A DNA stretch of 64,000 nt from Octopus sinensis. Its lineage: Eukaryota. The stretch lies in contig NC_042998.1 of the NCBI RefSeq assembly GCF_006345805.1, forward strand, positions 73,408,001 to 73,472,000. Reading direction: 5' to 3'. How positions within the stretch are numbered: position 1 is the stretch's first letter; each line of letters opens with the position of its first letter. Positions 14,333 to 28,600 of this stretch are shown in pieces. The notes under the pieces are model-generated. The model was not told where the DNA came from, did not search any database, and was given only the letters and a program-made list of their open reading frames with translations. The position numbers and the translations under genes were made by a program.

Positions 14333-14739
14333 GTAAATATTGGCTACAAGATTTATATTAAGTTTATAACATCATTTGACAATTTCTTTTTGTTCTGCGT
14401 ATAGTCACTTAAATCTACATGAATATTTTCTGTGGAGGGATGTACGAAATTTTATAAAATTTATCTGTGATATATTTCTACACTCAATTCCTATCCACTT
14501 AAAGCTACTAGATCTGATGTTGCGCATCACATTTATGTTGCTTATATTTCCTTGGTATATTTATGGTTTCCTAACCATATAATTCTGTTTGTAGCTATTT
14601 ACATGCGCGTTATTAAATTACTGCATTTCTGTATTTTGAACTTTGAACTGTAAAGATATACTTGTATTCAGACATAAAGAGAGCCCTCATATAATTTTAT
14701 TATAACTTTAGCCGCTGCACAACCAACATGTTTATATAC

Positions 14740-14928
14740 CTAATAGAGGTGAAGGGCAGAGGATGTAAAACTTTGAATATAACGCATTTGGAACTTCAGG
14801 AAGGTTATTGCTTTCATCCTGATTCGAAATCCCATTGAAGTCATGTTCGCATTTCGTCACATCTTGCATCAGTCGTTTATACATTAACGCATTGTTGATT
14901 CTAAGAGTCGGTGTGTTTCCGCCTGTTT
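14740..14928 (-). CDS. Candidate internal coding exon (189 nt, phase 1-1) of an unidentified gene
   Basis: Acceptor tatttccgtag, donor TTAG|gtatat. Stop-free, non-repetitive frame TGGNTPTLRINNALMYKRLMQDVTKCEHDFNGISNQDESNNLPEVPNALYSKFYILCPSPLL, more GC-rich than its flanks. Confidence 0.45.
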
Positions 14929-15159
14929 CTACGGAAATATTCAAAACGTATGTAACTATTATGTTCTTGTAAACAAAACTTATCTTCTACACTAACAGTT
15001 CAATCAATATTCCGATTATGTACATGTGTTATTGAATTTAAACTATGTTGGATTTAATATGTGTCAATATAAAGAATCAAACATACACACACATACAAAC
15101 CATACACACGAGCTCACACACACACACACATACATATATATATATATGAACGCATCTCT

Positions 15160-15343
15160 TTCTCTTACTCTCTTAGTCGTTTCAGTCATTTGACTGCGCC
15201 TTTAGTCGAGCAAATCGATCCCAGGACTTATTCTATCAGTCTCTTTTGCTGAACCATTAAGTTACGGGGACGTAAACACACCATCAGCGGTTGTCAAACG
15301 ATGTTGACGGGACAAACACAGATACACAAACATATACACACAC

Positions 15344-15388
<45 letters not shown>

Positions 15389-15569
15389 ATATATACACAT
15401 ATATACGACGGGCTTCTTTCCGATTCCGTCTACCAAATCCACTCACAAGGCTTTGGTCGACTCGAGGCTGTAGTAGAAGACACTTTCCCAAGGTACCACG
15501 CAGTAGGAATGAACCCAGAACCATGTGGTTGATAAGCAAACAACTTATCACAGAGCCACTCCTGTGCCT
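15160..15569 (-). mobile_element. SINE family A
   Basis: Homologous to the other family A copies. Confidence 0.9.
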
Positions 15570-16271
15570 ATATGTATGTATGCATGTAAAAGTTTAAGAT
15601 AAATCTAAGTGCATACATTTCTTTGTGAGTATAAGCAACTTCCCATTAATATGTATATCAAATAAATATGATTTAAAAAAATTTTTATATCCCTTTCATA
15701 AAAATTAATTCAGGGAAGTAAGTTTATAACACCACATTAAAAACGTTCATAATTCCTTTACTTATATCCTGCTTTACTCGCAATGATATGAGTAAACTTT
15801 TATCTTATTAATTTCTTCTTGATATACCTTGCTAAGAGCAATGTGAAATGATGTGATATATATTACGAATCGAAATCAATTCAAACGTATTTTCCTTTCC
15901 CAACAGAAATAACATTGATCGAACTCAAAACGAAGGAAATATTATTGGAACCATCTCCAAGACAGTTCCAAATGACAAATGGAATATTCAAACTCCTAAT
16001 TCTGTTATTTATCAAGAATTTTTCATAATGTAATAGTTTCTGGTTCTGGAGATAAAAACAATCTCCGTACTCTTGAGACTAATGATCTTTTAACAATTTC
16101 CAAATATGTTGCAATAAGATATTACATATCATAGATTTTATTTGTATTTCATCTCAGATCTGCATATCCTGTAATTCTGTCAATATTTTCTTTTCTTCTC
16201 GCGACTTCTTATTCTTGTCCTCCTCTGTCTCTTCCTCATTCTTCTTCCTCTTCTTCTGATTATTATTATTA

Positions 16272-16315
<44 letters not shown>

Positions 16316-16399
16316 CTTCTTCTTCTCCTTCTCCTCCTCCTCCTCCTTCTTCTTCTTCTTCTTCATAATCGTCGCCGTCTTCGTCGTCATTTTCTTCTA

Positions 16400-18730
16400 C
16401 TTATCCTCTTCTTCATATTATCTTCTCTTTTCTTTTTAGTTTTCTTCTTTATATATCCGTTGTTCCTTCCTTTTCTTCTCTTTCAAGAAATCTTTATACA
16501 TTTCATAGCTACTGAAATTACTTCGCTTGTTCAATCGCTTTCATGTTTGATACGAAATATAGATTGCGCTATCGTTCACTATGGATTTCAATCTTTTGGT
16601 TCACTTTCTATTATAGCAAGATTTACAGGAATTCAGTCAGTCGATGTTATAATTAATACGCTATTATTATTGATTTCTGCTACATAGACGATATATTTCA
16701 CTTTGATAAGCATTTAATCTCAACTAGTCATAACTATATAGCCACAATAATAGCTAAAGCTTTTTTCCTTCTTATTCAACCTACACTTATAGAAATTTGA
16801 TTTTTCTAATTATTATTTTCTGTTCTTGGAGTGATTACTTTCCAACATATTCATGTTGTTGCTTCTTAAAAAACTCAATATAATGTTCTCCTACTATCGT
16901 ATTAGATCAACTGTTGGATTTCGGCTTACTGACCAATATATTTTCTTTTCCACTTCCGAGGTCGATTCATATCTGATTAAGATTATAGCTTTGATATTAT
17001 TATCATCGTCATCACTGTATTTACGATTTTCATCAGTATTCTAGACTACTACAACATCGACAAAATTTATGAAATCATGAACTGAGATGTTACAGTACCA
17101 AAGTGTGTTTCTGCTGATCTAGCACACACTTGAATAGTAAGGTTTCCTATGTGATGCCATATACACTAACTGGACACATTTAGATGTCTGTCTTCATTTG
17201 CACAGCTATATCCGTAAACTGGAATTATCAGGCACAAACAACAAAAATATCATAAAATGTGTCCCATTTGTTTTTGAAATAATCATCGGTGCGGCCTCTG
17301 GAGAAACAAATCTACAGGAGATCAGCACTTCTAATTTAAACACCAGTATAATTTTGCCTCTTGGTCGTTCCTCAGTTGAAGAACATTTATGTTAGTTGCT
17401 CGCATATGGGATATATATGTCTCTCATCTCTTGCATAATTTTCTGCCAGACAATACTTGCAGAAGATACACAGATGAAGCACCTCTAATCTAAATATTAT
17501 GAATTCTACTGTCCTCCAGATCTCGTTTCTTTTCTCCACTACATAAATGACGTTGATGCAGCTCTTTACTTTAGTTAAAAGTTACATTGCCTTTTCACAA
17601 GGTCGTCAATCGGACATCATGAAAACACCAGGGAAATAACAATAAGTACAAAATAACCTGGTTTTCTTCAGCAGCATAAAATTTCTGTGACGGAATATAC
17701 ACTCCACTCTTTCGACGAATGAACACTTTCTCTATGAAATGTTGTAACAAATCTGTTACTGTGATAACTCATGGCGACCATATATGATAGAGTTGCAATC
17801 GCATATCCAAAGCAAAGTTTGAGGACCAGAAGTTACTGATCTCTAAACAGCTTGTGAGCTATACATGTACAACTATCATACTATCAGTGAGTAACCTAGG
17901 TTGCAGCAGCTACTATACATTCTAGACACCCAACTGAGTGGCAACCCTTCACGTATTATTACAAACTGACATGAGTATTCGCAATATTATTACAATTGCT
18001 CCTGCTGTACCACATCAACTCATATTTCTTGTCGTCTCTCATCTTTCTCTTTAGTAGCCTCTCAATTCATATTATTTATTAACTTGCTTCATATAATTAT
18101 ATTCCTATGAAACCCACTACATTTTTTAAATGCAACGTTTCAGCAACATCTATCCAGATGGCACACAATTATTGCTCTTGGAACAAAATATACAAAACAC
18201 AACCTCTTGCACAACTTGTGAAACATTCAGTTGAGGACGTCCATATTGAACAAAGAAGAAGAGAAAGAAAAGAATAGACTCAAACAAATAATGTAACAGA
18301 ATTTATCTTCAAGGACATCTTAAACATTTGGAAGAAAATAACGCTATTAGACTTGGTAACAGGGATTAAAGGAAATAGTTTAGCATAAGTTGAGGACATA
18401 GTGTTTAAAGCCAACGATTAAAAATGTTTGTAAACAAATCAGACACTAAACAAGAAATTCGGAAGAGAAAACAGTGCATCGGTAAAGATCTGTATCAAAG
18501 CATTCTTATATATATATTTATTTATATATTTATCTATGTATTATTTATTGGTGGAAATAAACGCCTATCGGATACTATTAGTGAAGTGGATTTGGAAGAG
18601 AGGGGAGTGAACAGGATGCACAGTCAATACTACAACGTGGAACAATATCATCAATAGATACGTTTTGTCCTAGATAAATATAAGAAAAACCCAACTCTAT
18701 TTCCTCTTGCAACAGCATAACCCAGAAAGC
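16400..18730 (-). mobile_element. Highly decayed non-LTR retrotransposon remnants (RTE-like)
   Basis: EEIELGFSYIYLGQ near 18650-18720 resembles the post-YADD YLG motif of RTE RT. The rest is too decayed to assign. Confidence 0.3.
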
Positions 18731-18776
18731 AAAGGAATACCATACAGTTTTCGATTCAAAGTAGGTATTGCTTACA

Positions 18777-19200
18777 AGGCGGTGAGTTGGTACAATCGTT
18801 AGCATATTGGGCAAAATGCTTAACAGCATTTCTTCTGTCTTTCGCTTTGAGTTCAAATTCTGTCGTGTTCGACTTACCTTTTTATCCTTCCGGGGTCCAA
18901 TAAATAAGTACCACTTGAGCACTGGGGTCGATGTAATTGACTTACCCCTCTCCTGCGTTTGTTAGTCTAGAGCCAAAATTTGAAATCAATATTAGGTACA
19001 GCTTGTAAGGTTGTGAGCTGGCATATTCGTTAGCGCGTCGAGCATTTCGTCCACCTTTACGTTCTAACTCCTTAGAGATCGACTTTGCCTTTCATCTTTG
19101 CGGGGCGATAAAATAAATACCTGTTGAGCACCGGGTTTGTTGTAATCGAAGTAATCGACTGCTCCATCCCCAAATTCTACCAAAATTTGAAACCAATATT
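18777..19200 (+). mobile_element. Two tandem SINE family B copies (18777-18993 and 19007-19200)
   Basis: Both carry the head, the ctttcatc/ggggtc core and an aaatttgaaaYcaatatt tail. Confidence 0.85.
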
Positions 19201-19538
19201 AGGTATTGCTTATAACTGTTGGAAGAAGGTGGTTGTTGGTGGATAAAAATTCCTTGTAGAGATTAAAATGTTCTTTTGACAAATACATGACTTCGAGGTC
19301 AGTTCTGATGCACTGGTTTCTACCGTAGACTTCGATCGACTGACCAGAGCACTGTAAGGGACATTTGGTTGAAAAGATCTGTTTGAAAAATTTTCCAAAG
19401 CGGCAAACCTTTACTACACTCGTAGTTTCATCTTGATATAACTACACCTCGTAACCTCTGAATAACCTAAAAACAATTGAACATCATGCATTACAGATAT
19501 TTATCTCGTATTTCACACACACACACACACACACACAT

Positions 19539-19633
<95 letters not shown>

Positions 19634-20229
19634 GTATGTATAGTCATACCTCGTTTGAACCACCATGTTTGATGTGAACTGTGATGGAAGGAAGAATGAC
19701 ACTAACATCATTATGAAAGGTCAAGGAACAAACAGAAAATGCCACCTTAAATAACCAAGGAAACTTTAAATATTCCACATAGTAAACAGGTATAGCTCCA
19801 TCACTCATGGCGATTTTAATGGTACAACATAGATATCAACATCATCTTAAACAAACTGAAAACATCCTAACGAAATATTACCTGTGAGTACATCAAATCA
19901 CTATGATAAATAACTTTACGTTTAAGTAAGCTACGTCAAGTAAACTACCACAAAATAAAACTTAACTTCTGCATTATCATAATGAAATACTATAGCTGCT
20001 GTATTAGTTTAACTTATAATTAACACTTCAGGCCAGATAAAACAAATGAAACGGTCACAAATATATCACTGCAATGGTCACGGTTGCCCGAACACTGCAT
20101 TGGGATGTTCACCGTAAAAAGTAAGTGCTGATGAGTAACATGTACTGTATTTCTCTGCATCTCCCCGCCTCTCTCTCTTTCTCTCTCTGTCTCTCTCTAT
20201 CATACCCACAATCGAACACACAGACACAA

Positions 20230-20745
20230 ATCTGTCACCTCACTACTAAATGTTTCTGACATTTGTCACCCTACACACACAGTCACGCACACACACACAC
20301 ACAGGCACGAATCCATTTATATACATACACACACACAAGCACTCAAACTCATTAACAATAGAATACACCCACGCATACCCATACAATACAGCTTCAACTC
20401 TATCCCCTTCCTATAGCTTTCTCCTCCCAACCAAATTTGAACTCTTGAACTCTTTAGAACATTCTCCATCCAACCAACTTTGACGTCATTGCTTATAACG
20501 GGATATTTTAAAGAAACACTCATTATTACTGTGGACATCATGTGGGCAGTCATCTAAAGGTTTTTGCTCTTCATGGTGCTGACATAAGTTCCTTGTCTTT
20601 CCTGATGAGATGGCGGCATAATGCACCCTTTATTCCTTCGGAATTAGGAATATGCAGCCTTCGAAACATGTGTCGAGAGTAAAGGAATTTTGTTAAAATC
20701 GCCGTTCGACTCCATTCTTTCATTTATTCATAGTTAAAAAAAACA
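20230..20745 (+). mobile_element. ORF-less hammerhead-bearing unit (Penelope 3' UTR/pLTR-like or retrozyme-like)
   Basis: CA-rich leader followed by unique sequence and the canonical hammerhead at 20597. Boundaries approximate. Confidence 0.45.
20597..20679 (+). ncRNA. Canonical type I hammerhead ribozyme with long, branched stem II
   Basis: CTTTC-CTGATGA-GATGGCGGCATA-[internal hairpin TATTCCT/AGGAATA]-TATGCAGCCTTC-GAAAC-ATGT-GTC-GAGAG. All core nucleotides intact, GUC triplet, predicted cleavage after 20674. Confidence 0.9.
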
Positions 20746-20877
20746 CACAAATTTACACACGAGAACACGGGATCCCTGCCCTTGGCATATAGCTTCAACC
20801 GTGTTTTCTGACGTGAATTTGCTACCCAGGTATCGGTTAACCGAATTATCCATCCTAGGATAATTCATTCACCTTCT

Positions 20878-20915
<38 letters not shown>

Positions 20916-22438
20916 TGTAGATTTTATACGCCTTTGTTTGCTTATGAGATGAAGGTCATGCATGTAAGTATGCATATATGTATACATGTAACACTTAATA
21001 TCATAAAGTTTCAAATCTGCATCTAACATTAGATTATTACTGCCGCTGTTATTGGTATATAATAAACAATTGTTAGCAATGCTACTTAGAAAACGTCAAG
21101 TAACATTCTGCCTGGCTATTGTTAAACATAGTAAATTAATGGAGTGAGAATATCGCATTACTTAGATTACTTGCTACTAAGCAGAGTGGAAACATTTACG
21201 GATGTATCTCATGAAATGGAAATAATCATTTGAAACTATAGAAAGATATATTTCACTCTGTATTTAGAGTTTCATGCCGCTGGGTATTTGACGTCAATTT
21301 TGCATCCTACGTAGATACAGAATGAACAAGAGAAGGTTTTTAAAATGCATCATCTATAGAAAGATACATTTTCGAAATTGTTTAGAGAATGTAGGAAATA
21401 CAATATGTTTAATTTTCTTTCGAAATTTTACTATCTATAATCAATTGAACTATAACGTCTATTACTGTTCTCTTGCGTATATTCAATCAACAATTAAAAT
21501 AATTTTCTTAGAACATGTAATATATTATTGGTAATTTTCTGGTAAATCTCTTCTGCAATAAATAATGACTTTATTGTAATGTGAAAGCCAATTGAATTCT
21601 ATAGCATTTCTTTGCAAACATTTGTCCATTGTCCAAAACTTATTTGATAGTTCTAGTAATTTTGGTGTTTCCATGTATCACTATCACCAACTGTATTTTG
21701 TCTGTGAAGAAGAAATCTATACATGTCAGTAGCATCTCATGTCGTTATGGAGTAGTGCAACCCCCGTGTAATGTCAATATTTTACTTCGATAATGTGAAA
21801 CGTCGATATGTTGTTTCCAGACAATCAAAGTATTACGGCTCATATCGCACGTTTTTCGATTCTTTACACAGTTGCTTTATCATGCTGAAGTGTAGCAAAC
21901 CATAACTTACTGTACCAAAAAATGAACATACATTAATAAATGTAGTGATATAAATCTAAAAGAGACAAATTCAAACGCATTACCTGTTTACTAACACTCA
22001 CAATGATTGTGATTAAATCATACAAGCCACCCGAAGGACTAATAAATTGTCGTATTATATATATTTAGGCTATCAAGTAAATTTTTGACTAAGCTCTTTC
22101 TTTTATCCACTCTTTTTGTATATATCAGTATCCTATTCACTGCCACGCCCAGTAAGGCACACTTTTACGCAGGAAATATTGCCTTTTATTACATTTTAAA
22201 CTTCCCTAAACATGCATCAACTACTTACGAAGTAAAAAAATATGTGCCAAATTTACGTTGCTTGCATGAAGAAAAATCTTGAAAACATCCTCCAATAGGA
22301 CACGTCAAATTGTTTCTTTCAACAGCAAAAATTATGCAGTGGCTATTCATATCACGTAAACATCATTGCACCTTCACTTTAAACATGAACATCAATTCTT
22401 CTTAAGTCATTATTGTCGCTCAAACTACTAAGTCTCAC

Positions 22439-22624
22439 TATCAGCGAAAAATTTTCTGTCCGTACATGATGCTTCACCCTTGAATCTAGAATCTGCAGTA
22501 ATCAATACGCTGAGACCTTCTGAAAAACGATGGCCTTTTAAAGATCTCTCCTTTCCTTTTGATGCCAAATTGTAACTCTTTAAATGGAACATTAACTCTA
22601 TCGATCCTACTGATTCCGAAGCAC
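22439..22624 (-). CDS. Weak candidate exon (186 nt, phase 1-1)
   Basis: Acceptor ttcgcag|G with a weak pyrimidine tract, donor GATA|gtgaga. Open frame ASESVGSIELMFHLKSYNLASKG...CTDRKFFAD is phase-compatible with 14740-14928. Confidence 0.2.
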
Positions 22625-24029
22625 CTGCGAATCCCATAGGCACAACTCCATCAATACTCGGCAAGTAAACAAGGAAAATTCAGTTATACACAACTACCAC
22701 TATTACATTTCATGTCAGTTTATTCACAACAATGAACACGCTTATCTTAGACTGATTGCTGATCACAAGCTTTGCTCAATCAGAGTTGTCCTGGGGCTAA
22801 ACAATAATAATATATTGACTAGATATGTTGTTCATGAATACCCGTTTCACTATATTTTACTTCGTAAATGTCTCTTTAAAGCATAATTGAAAACTTTTGT
22901 AAATATTTTTCAATAGTTTTCTGAAGGAAGTACATGAAAGTATAGAAAACTATTACTTTCTAAATAGTTTACTTTTTTTCCATTCAATGGTTTCTGTCAC
23001 AATTGAAATATTTAACATAAGTTGATATCACACCTGATTATAACCTCATGATAAATCTATACAAATAACAAAACTACCATAAAGGTAATCGCAGTTTCTT
23101 TCACCCCTATGTATTTAAACTCTTGCAACAATGGTCAGGATGAGATATCAAACAGAATTATATGATATCATATCAAACAGATTGCAATATATCAACCAGA
23201 ATGATCAAAGACAAAGATAAAAACAGAATTAGCTAATAATATAACAGATAAACAAGTGTTTTATGGGTGTTTATATGCACTCAGACATACGTGTATTATG
23301 GTGTGTCGCTGCCATTTAATAATTTCTTTGTGATATCTCATATGATACAAAATAATTATATGACATTGCATTTCTAAATGTTTAGACCGTTTATGAATAT
23401 TTCAAATAACTTAGTTGTCTTGATGTTTCACAATATAAAAGAAGTCGACGGAAGTTCTACAATTTAAAATCAATAAGAAAGATGACACAGTGTGTTCCCA
23501 TATCTGGTTTTGACTTTATATAATATAAATTTAGAATTAAAACGTTTCTCTTCTTGTAAACGGATTGATTAGAAGTAAAATCCTGAATCAACTTTAAAAG
23601 TTATAAAACGGAAATCATAGGAATCATTCAACCACGGTATTGAAGTCCACCAATCGCGGCTGCTTCCACGATTCACCACTAATTCAGTTCTCAACTAAAT
23701 TTCAAACTGTTAATAGTTTTAAAGCGGACAACTCCTCAGCTCCACATTGGCATAAATAGTTTGAGGGGGTGGGGAATAGAGCAGATATTCATCTTCAATT
23801 AACATCAACCTTTTAATTTAAAATTTTTAAAAATACATGTCTTTGGCTTAAATTATAGAAAAATGCATGAGGAATTTAGAATCGCTAGACGCATTGAACA
23901 AAAATTAGTAGAAACAGAGTTTTGATGTAAAATGTTACGAAATTTCATGTCAGTAAGCAAGGTAGTAAGAGAGAAGCATTTAGCAATAAGTATAAAGAAT
24001 ATATTTCTAAAATGAATGCTCATTTTATT

Positions 24030-24135
24030 ATGTGACGAGCTGGCTGAAACATTAGCGCACCGGGCGAAATGCTTGACGGTGTTTCGTCTGTCTTTAGGCT
24101 TTTCAGTTCAAATTTCGCCGAGATCGACTTTGACG
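24030..24135 (+). mobile_element. SINE family B, 5' head only
   Basis: gacgagctggctgaaacattagcgcaccgggcgaaatgc...ccgagatcgactttg. Confidence 0.8.
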
Positions 24136-25097
24136 TACAGATTATTTAATTAATTTTTTTAACTAAACACTTTCAGACTTCTGATACTGGTAGAATGTGT
24201 CACATAGAAAAGGGTTGACTCTTAACGTTTTTAACAGAATTTTGTATTTTAGAAGTTATTTCCTCAGAAGTTACAGAGTGTCAATGGACAAATTCGTGTT
24301 TGATAAGTATCAATACACGAAACTCTCAGCTTTTGACTTACTCTCTAATTTCTACCGATGATATATTTACATATTGCATATATGTGTAAAAACAATTAAT
24401 CACGCAATCGAACCTGGTCGCTCGACACGTATAAATAGCAGCCAAAGTATCCCCCACCTAAATCACGCCCATTGTATGTAATGTACTAGATATTTCCTAA
24501 AAAGACGGTTTGCTGAAGGCTGGGATGTGTTTCATGATACGTTTGCAGTATCAGGGTTTATCTGAGGCTAAATAAAAACAACATTATGGTCAATTTCTAT
24601 ATTAACACCCGCACGATTTTCACTAAGAAAGAGAAAAAAATTATTTTTTGCGTGGAATCAAGTACTCTGACCTCCTAATATGCTGCAAACCCCTTACTTT
24701 GGTTCGGAAAAATAAGGTGGTGGCAACAATTCCGGAATCATTGGAAATTTTTTTCGTTCCATGAATTCCTGTGAACTCCTAATATTGCAACAATTAGGTT
24801 ACTTAAGTTGAGCCTGGTAACTGATGGTTTTGGGGTCTTGTTGTTTGTAACTTTTGGTGAGCCATGGTGCAACCAACAGCATGGTAAAGATCCCTGCCAT
24901 TAATTTGGTGTGGATTTGCTAACATCAAATAATTCAATCACAACATAGATTTAAATTAAACGCGCAAAAGTTGAAATATTATCATCACTTACATCGAAAA
25001 ATTTAAATATCTTTCAGTATTTTATAAGGTAAAATCTTAAAATATCAATTGACACATTATTAATTATCTTATAACCGCTATGCCTGGAAAATCATGG

Positions 25098-25600
25098 ATT
25101 ACATGGGAAAATGCGAGCATGAAAAGTTATATTCTTAAGATGATAAACCTGGAAAAGTACAGGACATGTTATTACACCTGTAAAAGTATAGGACAGGAAA
25201 TTACTTCTAGTAAAGAATAAGAAACTTTTTACTTAAAATATTACAGCTAAAATTAAAATTTGAATATTAAAACTTATTTTATGATAGTTTACAAATAACG
25301 CTATACTTATTTAAGTAGAATTTGCCTAATTCTAGAGAAAAGCGACTAATTAGACAAACTTACAAATTACCTGAACATTTTTGTACAATAAATTTAAAAG
25401 AAGAGAACTGTAAAGAGTAATAAATTAGAAGAACTGGCCTTCTTTGCTGCAATATTTTAAATGAAAAGTTTCTTATTCATTACTTTGCTAGAAGTAATAG
25501 CTTGTCCTATACTTTTACAGGCGTAATCACTTGTCCTGTACTTTTGCAGGCTTATAATCTTAAGAATATGACTTTTTATGCTTGCATTTTTCTATGTAAT
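25098..25600. mobile_element. Foldback or MITE-like element with about 150-bp imperfect terminal inverted repeats
   Basis: 25098-25247 is the reverse complement of 25446-25600 with scattered mismatches. Each arm has two cctgNaaaagtaYaggaca subrepeats spaced 28 bp apart. Confidence 0.8.
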
Positions 25601-28600
25601 ATAACATCAGTTTACTGTTTTACTTACGATACAGGGGAAATGTTTTAGTTCTAAATCCACTTAAATTGAGTTTTTCTACAACAAATGGACAAATATTTTC
25701 ATAAGCATCAATAAATCCCGTCTTCGTATCTTTTTTCACTACATCTTAACTCAGATATCGATATCTATTGTTTGTTGCCAGTAAAAATTATCATCTACCT
25801 TTCTATCCAGCACTTTCACTCTTTCTCTTTCTCTCTTTCTCTCTCTCCTTCTCTCTCTCTCCCTCTCTCACCCTCCTTCTCTCTGTCTGTCTCCCCATCT
25901 CTCTTTCCTTCTCTCTCTCTCCCTTATCGCCTGTACATTTAGTATGAATAGTTTCTTATATAAGAACCTCTAAACATTTAAATTAAAATTTTCATATTTC
26001 AACTTCTTAACTTCTTAACAACCATTCCCCATATTACTTCAGAGTTAAATATCAACATTAGATATACGCAACAGTTATTATGTGCTGTCTAAGTGTGTTT
26101 CTCTTTATATTTATTGTATCAAGTCAGTGCATTAAAATATATATCCCATAGAATAATGGTGATTATCTAAAGCACTAAACCATATTTCTAGAAGAGAAGA
26201 CATAATCTATATATCCCACCTCATATGTATATTTATCGACTGATGCAGATTAAAGACAAAGATGACACCAGAGAAATTCTATGCTTTATCAATTGTGTGC
26301 TAAACCAGAAAGAATGATACAGATAATCACCCGTCTCTACACTTATAACATGTTCACTTGCCTGAAGAAATTGTAAGTAATTAAAGGTGTAAACTGAATA
26401 AAAATATGCGAGAGAAATAAAACTAGAGAAAACGCCACAAATCATATTAATAAACTCTTTTGTCCTACAACACCATAGACATTAATCAGTGACGTTCATG
26501 TGTTTCTATGCAGTAGGGAGATAAGGAATATAGCGTTTCAGGTCAGATAAACTTCACTGTATAATGTCTGCCGACCTGGACTTCTCCATCACTACCTTCA
26601 GACTATCTTTTATGGGTACATTAATCATATTGTCACATCTTACTGTTTTATAAAGTTATTCAGCAAAATATAACCTTACTGCAGAAAGTAACATAAACTT
26701 TAGCTCCCGTTTAAAGTTTACAGCATGAAATAGCAATAAACTTGAACTTGACTACTTTAGATATATCAGGATATAATTTAAATAAAACAATAAAGGAATA
26801 AAATGGTTTATTTTTCTGTTGAAATGAAATGCATGATATATGCTAAGTTGGTTTGCAGTTTTACTTGATTTATACCACGAAAGAAAGAAATAAAACTTTA
26901 ATGATATACCATATTTTCAAATATTTATAAAGCAGGAATTTTAAAAGCTTCTAAATAGATTTTCTTCAAAGTGTAGACAAGGAGAAATAGAAAAAAATTC
27001 ATTTTCATTTATTTAAATTTCTGAGAAAGCATTTGACTTTAAAATGATAGTGATAATAAAAGGTCAATGTTGATATTTTAATAAGTTTGTCAGAAAACTT
27101 TGAGGATATTGAACATTTTGTTGAGTCCAATAATTCAACCAGAAATTCTAGTAGAAATGTTCCATCTGGCGCCATACTTATTATCTTCCAAATAATACAA
27201 AATTGAATTGTCTAGAGATGTATTTGAATGCAACTGAAAAACTAGAAATAAAAAAAGTTTTACTTTGTTTTGTATTTTTCTATTTGGAGCAGATGCTCGC
27301 TTTAAGTGAAAACAACAATAGTTTATATATTAATATAAATGTAAATATTCATTAAAATGTATATCGTTGACTGAATTTCATTTAGCAGAAACAAATGCAC
27401 GAAAAGGACTTCGTATACTTTTCCATTTTATTTCTATAATCACTCACTGCATAAGTTGCAAAATTTATCGCGTATATAGTTGGTGCAGTGCTTCCTGTGT
27501 ATCAGTGTGTGTGTGTTTTTGCGTGTGTTAGTATGTATATGAATTCACTTGCAATAATTTCGTTACAGCTCACAAATTCAACACGTAGGTAGCAAGTACA
27601 CGAAGGCATTAGAGGTAAATCAAAATTAAGCTGGTCCGAACTTGAGGCCTTTATCTTCCCTAGGGATCACTCACCTCTCGGAATTTTACGGTCAGTGCTG
27701 TCAATGACTCAGTTTCCAAGATTTGTCAGTTATAAGGTACATAGACTTTTGTAGCATTTATTGTAGTAATAAAACTGCTTCATACAGCATCCAACAATTC
27801 TTTACTGTGAAGGAAAATCTAAAGAAACGTTAACACATCATTCAGAAGCCATTGTGCCCAAAGACAAGACGAATTTATTAGAATTGGTACTCAGAATCGT
27901 TGCCTTAATTCTCTCATCAGCCTGTGTCTATCCCGTATATTTCCTATTCGGTCAATACCGCCTACCAGCAGATGCATTTTTATAAGGATCCTATGTCGTC
28001 TATTTCAAGATGAAAGTTATGTGCTCTGTTAAAATATTATGTTAACATATTAGTTACTACATAGATATGACTAGAAGTTTCAAGATATTAGTCGGTAGAT
28101 GCTGTGGTCAGAAAGGACTCCACAAAGATCGCCTCCTTTTAAGAGAACTTTGAAGTTTCACACCTAGTCTTAAATTCTGAATCTAGTTACACGACTCGAC
28201 CTCATTACCAAATGTATTTAATAAATACACGTGACATTGTGTTTGTGATGTTAGACCGACGAGCAAAAGATCGTGGTATTTTGGGGTTTGATGCAAGATT
28301 AGCATATAGAGTTAAAACAGTTTGGAAGGAAACGCATCAGAGATGGGAAGCATACATTTTACAAAAGATTAGTTCATACATTTAAGATTGAGTTGGGCTG
28401 CAGTTTGAAAAACTGAGAACAGAGATTGTTACAGAATGGGTTGATACAGAGATAAGTAGAATATTTAATTTGCTTGATAGTGCTGGTAGATGGTTAGGGG
28501 AAAGATTATACCAAACTCATAAAGAGATATTGCAAAAGCGAAAAATTAACAATAGAGCCTATTTTCATAATTAATGTATAGACATAGTAACAAGGTTTGT

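Noticed and set aside
20128-20150. CTGATGA-GTA-ACATG-TAC hairpin
   Set aside because: No GAAA or NUH downstream.
27885-27925. Minus-strand CTGATGA followed by an AGAAT/ATTCT hairpin
   Set aside because: Followed by GAGTA rather than GAAA, with no closing G-C pair or stems I and III.
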